Of a DNA stretch of 64,000 nt, positions 21,516 through 31,000 are shown one piece after another; within the stretch, counting starts at the first letter, position 1; every line of letters starts with the position of its first letter. A program made the position numbers and the translations under genes. The DNA lies in the IMG/VR virus record IMGVR_UViG_3300047095_000752, positions 62,001 to 126,000 of that record; one strand, 5' to 3'. The notes under the pieces were generated by a model, which searched no databases, was not told where the DNA came from, and saw only the letters and a list, made by a program, of their open reading frames with translations.

Positions 21516-21919
21516 TTACCCTCCAGTTCTTCTTTAAGTTTATTGAATAGTTTTTGTTTTTCAGTTTTTGTTAAATTTAATGCATCTATTTTATTTTGTC
21601 TTCTAGTTCTTTCTATAGCTCTTTTATATTCTTTTTCCTTTTTAATTCGTTCGTTAAATTCATTTTCTGTTTCATATCTATACAATACAAATTTTTCATC
21701 AAAACTGTCATAATAAGATTCCGATCTTTCAAGTTGCATTGAATAGTAGTCTCTATACTCAGGGTCGATAAGGTCTTCGAATTTCTTTTCGGCTTCGTCT
21801 AGACTTTTACGTATCTCTTCAAATGTCACATCGTAAAATCCACTATCTAAATTTATCGAATGAACTTTTTTATACTTTCTACTTATATTGTATTGAGTGT
21901 ATGTATCTTGCTTTGGCAT
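21512..21919 (-). CDS. Hypothetical protein, YRYETxxE family
   Basis: FVLYRYETENEFNER shared with 21879-22292 and 50239-50691. Confidence 0.7.
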   Translation of the reverse strand: MPKQDTYTQYNISRKYKKVHSINLDSGFYDVTFEEIRKSLDEAEKKFEDLIDPEYRDYYSMQLERSESYYDSFDEKFVLYRYETENEFNERIKKEKEYKRAIERTRRQNKIDALNLTKTEKQKLFNKLKEELEGK

Positions 21920-22292
21920 TGTATTTAATCCTCCTTCGTTGTCTTTTTACTCTTTTATTATAACAATTAAACATTCTGTGAATAAATTCTCCACGAGTCT
22001 CGTATCTATAAAGGACGACCATAAATGTCGACCCATGGGATGCGTTGATAAAATAATTCGAGTACTCATATTTATGTGGTGCCAACCTTGATAATAAACG
22101 ATTAAGTATATTTCCAATAAACATAGGTATTTCATTTGTGGAGACCATCCAAATATCAGCTACACCAATAAACTCAGATGTATGATATTTATCTCGTCTA
22201 TTTGAATTATAAAACGCTTCAATGTTATCTATATTATTTTCGTCTATTTTTGTATATTGATTCTCATCATCTATGCTTTTTAAATACATCAT
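21879..22292 (-). CDS. Hypothetical protein, YRYETxxE family
   Basis: VVLYRYETRGEFIHR. Confidence 0.65.
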   Translation of the reverse strand: MMYLKSIDDENQYTKIDENNIDNIEAFYNSNRRDKYHTSEFIGVADIWMVSTNEIPMFIGNILNRLLSRLAPHKYEYSNYFINASHGSTFMVVLYRYETRGEFIHRMFNCYNKRVKRQRRRIKYNAKARYIHSIQYK

Positions 22293-22311
22293 TTCACGAA
22301 AAAATCTCCAT

Positions 22312-22337
22312 AAAAAATGGGAGTGGTACTACCTCCC
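22312..22337 (-). terminator. Rho-independent terminator
   Basis: GGGAG/CTCCC stem plus T-run. Confidence 0.55.
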
Positions 22338-22353
22338 AAAAAGTACTAGACGG

Positions 22354-22446
22354 TTAGATCGCACGGAAGACGAAATCGTCATCCATTAGGAGTTGCCACG
22401 CGGGGATTGCAGGATGAACTTCAATCAACTTCGGTACCACGTTCAT
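22354..22446 (-). CDS. 30-aa peptide
   Basis: MNVVPKLIEVHPAIPAWQLLMDDDFVFRAI, AAGGA RBS, followed by a terminator. Confidence 0.5.
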   Translation of the reverse strand: MNVVPKLIEVHPAIPAWQLLMDDDFVFRAI

Positions 22447-22568
22447 GTTCCGTTCCTTTGGTTGGGTGGGAGATAAGCATGAGACTTGATTGTGGGGATA
22501 GGATGAAATTGTATTGATGTTTGTCAGAATCTATGTCGCATATAAATACAGATTTTGTATCTCCGAGT

Positions 22569-22790
22569 TTAGATTGCGACTGTATCATTGCGGGACATTT
22601 CTTGTAACTGCTTGTAGAACAGGTATGCAGATGTGTGCCTGTTATCAGGAACATTTTTGGATTTGATCAGTCTCTGTCCGTGGAGGCTATATTCAAAATC
22701 TCCATCAGGTTTCTTTTCGACTGATATAATGACTCCGTATTTAACTAAGGCGCTCTCCATCTCCTCAGTTGTAAGTTCTTCCGTGCACAT
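22569..22790 (-). CDS. Hypothetical protein
   Basis: GGAGG RBS, first gene after an AT-rich motif. Confidence 0.65.
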   Translation of the reverse strand: MCTEELTTEEMESALVKYGVIISVEKKPDGDFEYSLHGQRLIKSKNVPDNRHTSAYLFYKQLQEMSRNDTVAI

Positions 22791-22822
22791 TTTGACCTCC
22801 GTTTTTGGTTAAAGGATATATA

Positions 22823-22879
22823 CAATAATAAATATATATAATAAAAAAATAACCCCGCAGCCTGTAGTGGCAGCGGGGT
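22823..22879 (-). promoter_or_regulatory. Terminator hairpin fused to AT-rich promoter-like motif
   Basis: CCCCGC stem (22843-22879) abutting CAATAATAAATATATATAAT (22823-22842). Confidence 0.6.
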
Positions 22880-23003
22880 AAAGAGGTATCAGTCCCCGTC
22901 GAGGTTCCGCCCCCTCACCACCGAGGGATTGATGTTATGGAACCTCTCAGCGAAGGCGAACCCAGCAAGGATGGAGATATCCCTTCCGTTAGATTGGTGT
23001 CGG

Positions 23004-23396
23004 TTACATCGCTTCAATCGCGTTGACCGGGTTCAGTTCGGCACGAGATACACGGCGCGCTTCCAACAAGTCATTGCGAAGGGCTTCCGAAATGACCGAG
23101 GATCCAGCCATTCGAATTTGGAGTACACGGGCGCATTCGTGAACCTTTTTGGTATCGCGTCCCTTGAGAGCTTGTACTGTCTCCAAAAGTTCAGGAGCCA
23201 GCCGGAAGGCGATGAAGCCCTTGTCGTCGGTCGGGGCGACCGGGTTCTTCTGGATGTACTTCTGCAATGACACGATGATATTATCCATCACCTTGTCGTT
23301 GTCAACGGTGATGGGCGGTGCTCCTTTACATCCGCCGTCCGCCACCCCGTTGAAAATTCCGATGAGGATGTTCACAATTTTAATCTGGTTTGTCAT
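23004..23396 (-). CDS. Hypothetical protein (GC-rich codons; start MTNQIK)
   Basis: AAAGGA RBS before ATG at 23396; AT-rich motif at 23472-23491. Confidence 0.7.
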   Translation of the reverse strand: MTNQIKIVNILIGIFNGVADGGCKGAPPITVDNDKVMDNIIVSLQKYIQKNPVAPTDDKGFIAFRLAPELLETVQALKGRDTKKVHECARVLQIRMAGSSVISEALRNDLLEARRVSRAELNPVNAIEAM

Positions 23397-23506
23397 GGCG
23401 AGATTCCTTTTTGCCCGGTGGGCGTTATAACCTAACAACTTAACTCCCATAAGTTAGCGTCAGATTATTTACACTTCTTAATATATATAGTGAAAACTCA
23501 CTGAAA

Positions 23507-24664
23507 TTAATCAGTGAGTTTGCCTTTAAACCATTCCATGAACTCTTCTTGGTCGTATTTACCGGACTTCTGTCCATTCTCTTCTCTTGGTATTATTCTC
23601 AAGTTTTCTCTTAAATTGCAAATATTTTTTACTATTAGAGGACCATGAATATTATCTAGATCATTATCTATAAAAGCTTTACGGGGGAATATGTGATCTA
23701 CCGTGTAATCAGATCTATCCCATATATTACTTGATGCCTTGGCGACTTTTTGGGATTGGATGTGATTATTGTAGTTTGGATCGTCTTTTAATATATGTAG
23801 TTTACCATAATCAAACCCAAGATATGTCATTCTTAGAATACGGGTTCGATCTGGGTTAAATCTTGGATTGTTCTCACCTCTAACTTTATCATCTAAATAA
23901 CATTCCCGACACCGTTGTCCTATATTTTTAAAGTTATTAAATTTCATTTTAAATGTATGATTTCGGTCACATTTCATTATAAGGTATTTATGAGCATTTA
24001 TATATGTTTTACTTAATAAACTATAACCAAAACTTTCTATATGACTTTTAACGACTTCGTATTCGGGTCGAAATTTACCAAAACATTCTGGACATCGGTG
24101 ACCCACGTGAACAAACCCGACAAAACTCATTTCAAATATGTGATTATCCGGGCACTTGATTTTCATGTTTGTTTTATTGTTGATGTATTCTGTATCTAAC
24201 AGTAAATATCCTTCAACATTTATTTTAGACTTTACATAATTAAAATCATTTTTACGTTCCTGTGCAAATCGTATTGAGACGCACTTATTACATCGATTAT
24301 CCTGACTATAAAAACTGCTAAACCGTACCTTATATGTGTGGTCTGCGGGACATTTTATTGTTATTTTTGAGTTTACACCCTTATAATTTCCTATATCAAT
24401 TAATGTGTAACCATAGTCATTTAGTATTTTAGATATTTCATCAGATCCATGCTTGACCTCTTTCTTAATACATTTCTTACAACTAGTAGTCCGTCTAAAA
24501 TTATTATATGGTATCTCCGATATATTACCGCATGAGCATTTATATTTCATTTTGGTTTGTGTATTAATATATTCTTCTTTACTGACTAATAATACACAGT
24601 TTCGATCTAAATATGTTTGTAATACTTGTTCGTAGGGTACGGGTTTAGACATATGAATTTTCAT
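23507..24664 (-). CDS. HNH-family putative homing endonuclease with 4 zinc-ribbon repeats
   Basis: Repeats LLxxxYIN...KCxxxH.F...RCxxC; VDHIFP...NLRENLRII; likely start ATG 24664 (ORF track starts at 24778). Confidence 0.85.
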   Translation of the reverse strand: MKIHMSKPVPYEQVLQTYLDRNCVLLVSKEEYINTQTKMKYKCSCGNISEIPYNNFRRTTSCKKCIKKEVKHGSDEISKILNDYGYTLIDIGNYKGVNSKITIKCPADHTYKVRFSSFYSQDNRCNKCVSIRFAQERKNDFNYVKSKINVEGYLLLDTEYINNKTNMKIKCPDNHIFEMSFVGFVHVGHRCPECFGKFRPEYEVVKSHIESFGYSLLSKTYINAHKYLIMKCDRNHTFKMKFNNFKNIGQRCRECYLDDKVRGENNPRFNPDRTRILRMTYLGFDYGKLHILKDDPNYNNHIQSQKVAKASSNIWDRSDYTVDHIFPRKAFIDNDLDNIHGPLIVKNICNLRENLRIIPREENGQKSGKYDQEEFMEWFKGKLTD

Positions 24665-24723
24665 TCTAAAAATACCTACATGAACTTGTCGTGTAGGTAG
24701 TATATTTAATTTATTTATTTGAA

Positions 24724-26364
24724 CTAAGCTATGGTATAAGTGACACCATAATCTTTTAAACTTTCTTTTAATCCCCATTTATAAGCTAACACCATCAATA
24801 GGGGAAATTTGTAGGATCCCATGTACCCTATGAGGTATGCGCCGTTTTGGAGGAACTTACTGTGGATCTTCATGATCGAATACGATGATTCGAAGCGCCC
24901 TACGTTAATTGTGGGATAGAATATCGGATAACGTACGATCTGGTTGACTAGTATTTTCTGTTGTCCATTTATCACGAACGTTCCATTCGCAGTAAGATAC
25001 GGTAGGTCCACATGCACTTCGTGTATGTTACCCTCCGGATCTTTAAGTTGGATCTGGTAGCGCTCCTTGATCGATTGATATATCTCCGATGCTCCTGTAT
25101 GCACTTGTTTTACTTCCATACTCTTCAATTTCAGCGGAACATCTTTATCTTCGAGGAGTTTGAAGGCATCTGAGATATCATCTTTTAAATTAACTCTAAA
25201 ATCAGTCATACGTTTATTTAAAATATGTGCAGGGCTTTGATAATCTAAAAGCTTGGGTACATCGGCGGACTTAATGATCATATTCGTTGAAAAGTTTTTG
25301 GCAGGATCTCTTTTTAATAATTGAGTTACAAGTTTATTTATAATCTCAGCTTGCTTCTCAGGACTCTTCCGATCAATCTTCTTTGAAATTTCTTTAGCCT
25401 TCTCAAGATCACCCATAACGCTATAAACAACAGATCTTGTGATTAATTTATTATGATTTTCAAAATCTTTTTCGCGATCAATTGTAGAGTCAGCTTTTGT
25501 ATAGTTCTTAATAGCGTCCTGTACGATTTGTTCGTGCTGCTTACTTACGAGAGGAGATTCCTTAGTGGCTATTTGAGCTACTTCTTCAGCGTGATTTGAT
25601 TCCCCTGTGACTCCATCTGTATTTTGTTGTAGTCTTAATAGTATATTTTTAACTCGGACTAAACTATTATTTTTAGCTAAGACATCATACAGCTTTACGA
25701 AGCGCCCACCATCTTTATTATAAACGAACATTATAATTTTTTCGAATGGTATTGATTCTCTTTTACCAGCTTCTAACATTAATAACATATTAAAAAAGAT
25801 ATAACACTTCTTGTAGAATAGTTTATCGGATAAAGGCTTATCGACGTTCACGGCATATAACAAGATTGTTTCAAATTTATCTTTATCGATCTCACTAGCA
25901 GTTTCTAAATATTGATTATATAATTTAGATCCCTGACCTGTATCAAATCTTTTTGTACGATACATTAAGTCTACGGCGTTTAAATACCGTGTGGCATCGT
26001 AAAAGAAGTTGTATCCATTTACTTTAGTGTACTCACCGGGTCTACCTTTAATTGGTAGGAGGTCTCGATCTTTAATTAATTTTGTATATTCTGGGGTGAG
26101 ATATGATTGTGGTCTTGTTATGGTAGGTACAAAAACATATCGAGCATATTGCTTTTTGAAATTTAAAAAGTTATAGGTCTCTAATAAATTTACATTTTCA
26201 CCATAGAAATAAAAACATAAGTTCTTTTTACTATTTGGATCTTTTATTGGTATGACTAATTCATCATACGGTATAAAAAGCTTTTGGTTTAATAAATTCA
26301 TGTTGAGTACCTTATGTTCTTTAAATCCGGTATTGAAAATAATTGGGTTATTACGTAAACCCAA
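24724..26364 (-). CDS. rpoB: DNA-directed RNA polymerase beta subunit, N-terminal fragment with large N-terminal extension
   Basis: LPYLTANGTFVINGQQKILVNQIVRYP matches beta region IPLMTxxGTFxINGxERVxVSQLxRSP; likely start ATG 26301. Confidence 0.85.
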   Translation of the reverse strand: MGLRNNPIIFNTGFKEHKVLNMNLLNQKLFIPYDELVIPIKDPNSKKNLCFYFYGENVNLLETYNFLNFKKQYARYVFVPTITRPQSYLTPEYTKLIKDRDLLPIKGRPGEYTKVNGYNFFYDATRYLNAVDLMYRTKRFDTGQGSKLYNQYLETASEIDKDKFETILLYAVNVDKPLSDKLFYKKCYIFFNMLLMLEAGKRESIPFEKIIMFVYNKDGGRFVKLYDVLAKNNSLVRVKNILLRLQQNTDGVTGESNHAEEVAQIATKESPLVSKQHEQIVQDAIKNYTKADSTIDREKDFENHNKLITRSVVYSVMGDLEKAKEISKKIDRKSPEKQAEIINKLVTQLLKRDPAKNFSTNMIIKSADVPKLLDYQSPAHILNKRMTDFRVNLKDDISDAFKLLEDKDVPLKLKSMEVKQVHTGASEIYQSIKERYQIQLKDPEGNIHEVHVDLPYLTANGTFVINGQQKILVNQIVRYPIFYPTINVGRFESSYSIMKIHSKFLQNGAYLIGYMGSYKFPLLMVLAYKWGLKESLKDYGVTYTIA

Positions 26365-26399
26365 TTATAGTATATATTTATATATTTTTCAATATATTA

Positions 26400-27827
26400 T
26401 TAAAATAGAATACCCTTTTGCATAGCATCCATAACCTGTGCCCGTTCGGACTGTAGTGAGCTTACACACTGGGGATCGCCTTGGCATTGTTGGAGTAGAC
26501 CATCTATATTGCTTAATTTCAGTTTATTCATATAATTGATACAAGCTTGTTGTTTACCGCCAGTTAAATTTGCACAACCTTGTTCAGTATACTTTTCCTG
26601 TTTACGAGCTTGATGTCTTTTCCATAGTATTGAAGCTGCAGTACCGGCGGCGGCGAGACCACCGGCAACAGCAGTCGCCGTTTGTGCTGTTGGGGACATT
26701 TGTTTATATCCATTTATAACGGCATTAGCACCATTTTTAGCCCGTTGCATTATACTTGGACCCTTGGGTTCTTCCGGTGTACCCCTAACCATATTAGCCA
26801 GATCATAATATGTATATCCGGCTACACCCATACCTGCAGTCGCTCTAAGTGGTTTACGCATTAAATTACGGCCAGCTCCAGTCAATGAGTTACCGACCCA
26901 TTTTGGGGCGACTCCAGATTTAGCAACGGCGGCTCCACCTTTTCTAAGCCCTAATCCAGCCATTTTAGGTAGGAATCTGGCAGCCGCACCAATAGCAGCC
27001 CCAATTTCATTAAATGTATATACGCCATCAACCCAAGGTGAATAATAAGATTCTTCAAAGTTCATAGCCTCAGACATCTCATCTTCATCAAACTCATTGG
27101 CTACAAAATTAACAGGGGTATCGACTGTAGCCTTGTCTAAAATAGATGGTTTAGAACTTGTTATAATACTTCTAATCTTATTAATATTAGTATTTACACC
27201 TTTTTGATATAATAGCTTGTATTCTTTAGTTCCATTCTTAGGTGAATACTCACAATATATAATCTTATCGAATGGGACTTCGGAGTCAATGTTCTTAATA
27301 TTTTTAATCATAGCTAAATATAATGGTAGAATCTTTTTAGTTAATAACTTTTCGGAAAATTCCAAATCTGTATTTAATGTATATAATAATACTTTTTCGG
27401 AGTTACTCGGTGAATTATTACATAATAATTTAAAATATGAACTCATCAATTCTCTAAACTTCTGATGATTGAATACAGTGATATTGTACCTGTCAATGAT
27501 AGCATCAAAATATCGATTAGCGTCTATATAGGTGTGAAATTTATCGAAGTCTTTTAGCTCGTTCAAGTTAGCTTTAATAGGTACAAAACCAGCATCTTTT
27601 ATACCGACCTTGTAATCTGAATTCATATAGGTTCGGAACGGGGCTGGAGATGTGGGTACAACATACTTACGTATACCGTTACCTGTAAATTTAGACCCTT
27701 TTATTGCAGAAAGAGTATCTTCGTTTTCACTTAACACCATTATTGACAGTAGCTTACCACCAACTGGGGATGTGGTTACACTTATGTCATTATATGAAAT
27801 GTAGGGTTTAATTGATGAATATATCAT
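26400..27827 (-). CDS. Putative internal virion protein (N-domain shared with RNAP beta-N; Ala/Gly-rich, Cys-rich C-terminus)
   Basis: Manual alignment to both neighbours; function inferred. Confidence 0.55.
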   Translation of the reverse strand: MIYSSIKPYISYNDISVTTSPVGGKLLSIMVLSENEDTLSAIKGSKFTGNGIRKYVVPTSPAPFRTYMNSDYKVGIKDAGFVPIKANLNELKDFDKFHTYIDANRYFDAIIDRYNITVFNHQKFRELMSSYFKLLCNNSPSNSEKVLLYTLNTDLEFSEKLLTKKILPLYLAMIKNIKNIDSEVPFDKIIYCEYSPKNGTKEYKLLYQKGVNTNINKIRSIITSSKPSILDKATVDTPVNFVANEFDEDEMSEAMNFEESYYSPWVDGVYTFNEIGAAIGAAARFLPKMAGLGLRKGGAAVAKSGVAPKWVGNSLTGAGRNLMRKPLRATAGMGVAGYTYYDLANMVRGTPEEPKGPSIMQRAKNGANAVINGYKQMSPTAQTATAVAGGLAAAGTAASILWKRHQARKQEKYTEQGCANLTGGKQQACINYMNKLKLSNIDGLLQQCQGDPQCVSSLQSERAQVMDAMQKGILF

Positions 27828-27833
27828 TATTTA

Positions 27834-28796
27834 TTATCCAAGTTCGTTTAACTTTGCTCTAATTGCGGCGGTGCACTTATCAGGATTGTTGGCTAACTTA
27901 CAACGCTTCATTTTAGCCATTAATTCCTTGCGAACCTTATCCCCAACATGAGCTAAACACGCGGACTTCTTTTCGGGATCTTCGATTTTATTACAACCGT
28001 TATTATACCAGTCTTTTTTCTCTAATGCATCTTTAATTAATTTAGCTGCTAATACGGTACCACCAACGACGGCGGCTCCTGTGGCTACTTTGGATGTAGT
28101 AGAAGAGTTCTTTATACCAGATGCTACACTTCCGGCTTTTGCTTTTACGGAAGATGCGCCATTTGTAATAGCACGCACAATGGATGCGCGGCACCTACTT
28201 GGGTGTAACAGACACTCTCCTGTTATGCGCCCACTATCCACAGCGGCGTTAAATCCCGCCGTTGCAGCGGCAATACCACCTACTGTAGCGGCGGCGGATT
28301 GTACCATTAAGGACAACACTCTGGCTGATGCTTTGGGTACATCGACGGCACCAAGACGAACTGTCGCACCGACCCCAAGTTTGGCGGCGTTTGCTACACT
28401 TTTAACATTAGTGAAGTCATCTTTAATTTCATTAGCCGCCATACCTGTACCTAAAACTGCAGCACCTACTTTAGCTCTAGTACGAGTCTTATCCAACTCA
28501 CCCTTAAGCTGTAGGGCTTTACCCTTCCAAGCATCTTTACTTTTTAATTTTGCAAGGGTACCTTTCGGATCAGCTTTGAAATTCTTATATGAAGTCAATT
28601 TACCGAAGTCGATGCCTTTACTTACATCTCGTAGGGTATGCTTCTTAAATGCTTCCACTGGTACGGATACAAGCTTCTTACCAGCCTTCTTGGCACCGCT
28701 GCCTAAAAATTTCGCCAATTCCAGTCCGGTTTCGACTTTACCCGCTTCATTTATAACATCATCTTCGTAATATTTTTTCACTGTGTAACTCCTCAT
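27834..28796 (-). CDS. Putative internal virion protein (Ala/Gly/Lys-rich, 4-Cys C-terminal motif)
   Basis: Follows late-type motif; C-terminus GCx10-11C...C...C like 26400-27827. Confidence 0.55.
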   Translation of the reverse strand: MRSYTVKKYYEDDVINEAGKVETGLELAKFLGSGAKKAGKKLVSVPVEAFKKHTLRDVSKGIDFGKLTSYKNFKADPKGTLAKLKSKDAWKGKALQLKGELDKTRTRAKVGAAVLGTGMAANEIKDDFTNVKSVANAAKLGVGATVRLGAVDVPKASARVLSLMVQSAAATVGGIAAATAGFNAAVDSGRITGECLLHPSRCRASIVRAITNGASSVKAKAGSVASGIKNSSTTSKVATGAAVVGGTVLAAKLIKDALEKKDWYNNGCNKIEDPEKKSACLAHVGDKVRKELMAKMKRCKLANNPDKCTAAIRAKLNELG

Positions 28797-28813
28797 AAAA
28801 TATAGATTTACTA

Positions 28814-28826
28814 TATAAATTTGTCC
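28814..28826 (-). promoter_or_regulatory. Putative late promoter RACA-N6-TA
   Basis: GGACAAATTTATA, just downstream of a terminator at 28845-28874. Confidence 0.55.
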
Positions 28827-28894
28827 TAAAAATAAAAAGTCTACAAAAAAACACGGTAGTTATAATACCGTGTTAATCATTATTTTTTATTATA

Positions 28895-30135
28895 TCACTT
28901 CAAAGACAATAAATACGAACTGTTTATTATTTTAATTACAGTCAGTTCCAAGAAACATATGTACATAATCCACATTATTATAGATGATGTGTAGTTAATA
29001 CATCTCCATATGCGAGAATAATATTTACTATTGGTGCCTGATGTGTATATAGGTGGTCTTATATAGTATTCACTGAAGGTCCCACGATGGGTCAAGGTTA
29101 TAGATTTGTAATTAAATCCAGATCCCGGAAACATATGATTTATCGGTCTAAATGCAACCTCAACGACATTATATAGTTTCATTAAAAGTTATTCCGCGTA
29201 AAGTTGAATGTGCTAGGCTTAGATATCATATATTCGGAATTTGGTATTATTATACTATTATTTGGAAAAATTAAATATAATATTTCTAATGCCATTATAA
29301 TTATTGGACTCAGGCAACGTCGTATAAACATGGCAAACTGATGGTTAGAAGTTACTGACAATAAAAATGTTTCCATAATTTGATATCTAGTCCACTCACA
29401 TAGTTGTATTCTATATACTTTACAGTCTTTAGTATGTATAGTAAATCTTAATTTCATGAATGTAAATGGTTTACGCTCAGGTTTATTATCCCATGTATAC
29501 ATAATGACTCGATTTTGGAATTAATACTGAGAAGCCAGCGTAATCAAATTGGGAAAACCCTTTGGTGCGGCGACTAACTAAATTTAGCAAAAGTCCAAAT
29601 ACGTGCTCACTCGATACAAATATAATATCGGAAAACCATTTACCATGGTTATATATAAATGGACTTGCAAATAAAGTCTCTACAATCTTGTAACTGTGGA
29701 ATCTAGGTCTCATGTCAAACAAAGAATATAAATGATATCCGGGATGTGTTCTACTTTTAAATATAGAATATTGAAGTCGGATACAAGTAAATTTGAATTT
29801 CATACAATCCAGTTGTGGTTACGGTCATCGTTTGAAGCCGTTCTGTATATATGCATAAAACTCACCGTTAGGAATGGTTTCATTTTTCTGTCAATAAAAA
29901 ACAATATATCCAATATTAATAATAGAGTTGAACTTAAAGATGATATTAGATACATTATACATACTCTATTTGGTACTGGTACATTTCCATACTCGGGCGG
30001 AAATAATAAAACCATACTAACGGTATTAAAATGAGTTGGATTCGGATATGGAGCAAATGTAACTGAGTTATATAATTTTCTAGGATCTTTACGATACCCC
30101 GTGTATGTGAATCGATTGAACGGACCTTTAATCAT
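28895..30135 (-). CDS. Tandem array of 4 short paralogous hypothetical ORFs (95-111 aa)
   Basis: ORFs at 28895, 29182, 29486, 29800; coupled; beta-rich N-half and hydrophobic C-terminal helix. Confidence 0.55.
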
Positions 30136-31000
30136 AATTTTTAATCAGAAGTTCTGTTACATTTCCTCTTTTATCACCACTTGAGTTTATATTTCGTTTA
30201 GCTGATACTTCTGTGACTTTATAGTTCTTATACAAATCTCGTATTTCATCTGCACTCGAATTCGACATAAGGAATTTTACCCCAAGCCCATGTAGGTAAT
30301 CGCACACTTCTTTTAACTTCTTATGATCTTCGATGCCAAATCCATCGCTTGTATATGACGTAAAGTTCGATGTTTTCGTCAATGGGAGATATGGAGGGTC
30401 GAAATAAAAGAAATCGTGCTCAGAGTCTTCGTTGGAATATATCTTGAATACAAAGTCTATATATGATTCATTGTATATACTTACATTCTTGAGATGTAGG
30501 CTGCATTCTCGTAGATTCTTTTCATCACAGATACAAGGGTTCCTGTAATCTCCAAATGGGGTATTGAAGTAACCTTGCTTACTCACTCTGTATAATCCGT
30601 TGAAGCAAGTTTTATTTAGAAACAAGAATCGAGACGCCCTCTGTACGTCATTTAGCTGTACATACACTTCTGGGTCTCTGTCTAGCTTTCTAACTTCTAC
30701 ATAATATTCTTTTGAGTTTTCATGTTCTTTCAAATCTTCTATTAAATCTTCTACGTTTTCTTGTACTACTTTATATAGATTTATTAATTCTGAATTTGAA
30801 TCGTTGATGTAACTGTATTGTACATTTTTATGTTTTAATATATTAAATAGGACTGCTCCTCCACCTACAAATGGTTCGTAATAGTTGCTTATAACTTCTG
30901 GTAAATTTTCTTTTATTTTTGGTAGTAATTGCGTTTTTCCACCAGCCCACTTTACAAATGGTTTTGGTAACTTCACATTAGTTGTGAGATTCACGGACAC
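30128..31000 (-). CDS. dam: DNA adenine methyltransferase (Dam/D12 class)
   Basis: KWAGGK, YYEPFVGGGAV, FNGLYRV, YFDPPY, MSNS. Confidence 0.93.
   Translation of the reverse strand: MSVNLTTNVKLPKPFVKWAGGKTQLLPKIKENLPEVISNYYEPFVGGGAVLFNILKHKNVQYSYINDSNSELINLYKVVQENVEDLIEDLKEHENSKEYYVEVRKLDRDPEVYVQLNDVQRASRFLFLNKTCFNGLYRVSKQGYFNTPFGDYRNPCICDEKNLRECSLHLKNVSIYNESYIDFVFKIYSNEDSEHDFFYFDPPYLPLTKTSNFTSYTSDGFGIEDHKKLKEVCDYLHGLGVKFLMSNSSADEIRDLYKNYKVTEVSAKRNINSSGDKRGNVTELLIKNYD

Noticed and set aside
22880-23003. Hammerhead ribozyme
   Set aside because: CTGAGAG does not fit the CUGANGA core and there is no correctly placed GAAA
18314-24723. Group I/II intron or intein joining the two rpoB halves
   Set aside because: No recognisable intron core, and no Cys/Ser-start or HN-end intein motifs; beta-C has its own RBS and promoter-like motif. 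Not formally excluded without a covariance-model search
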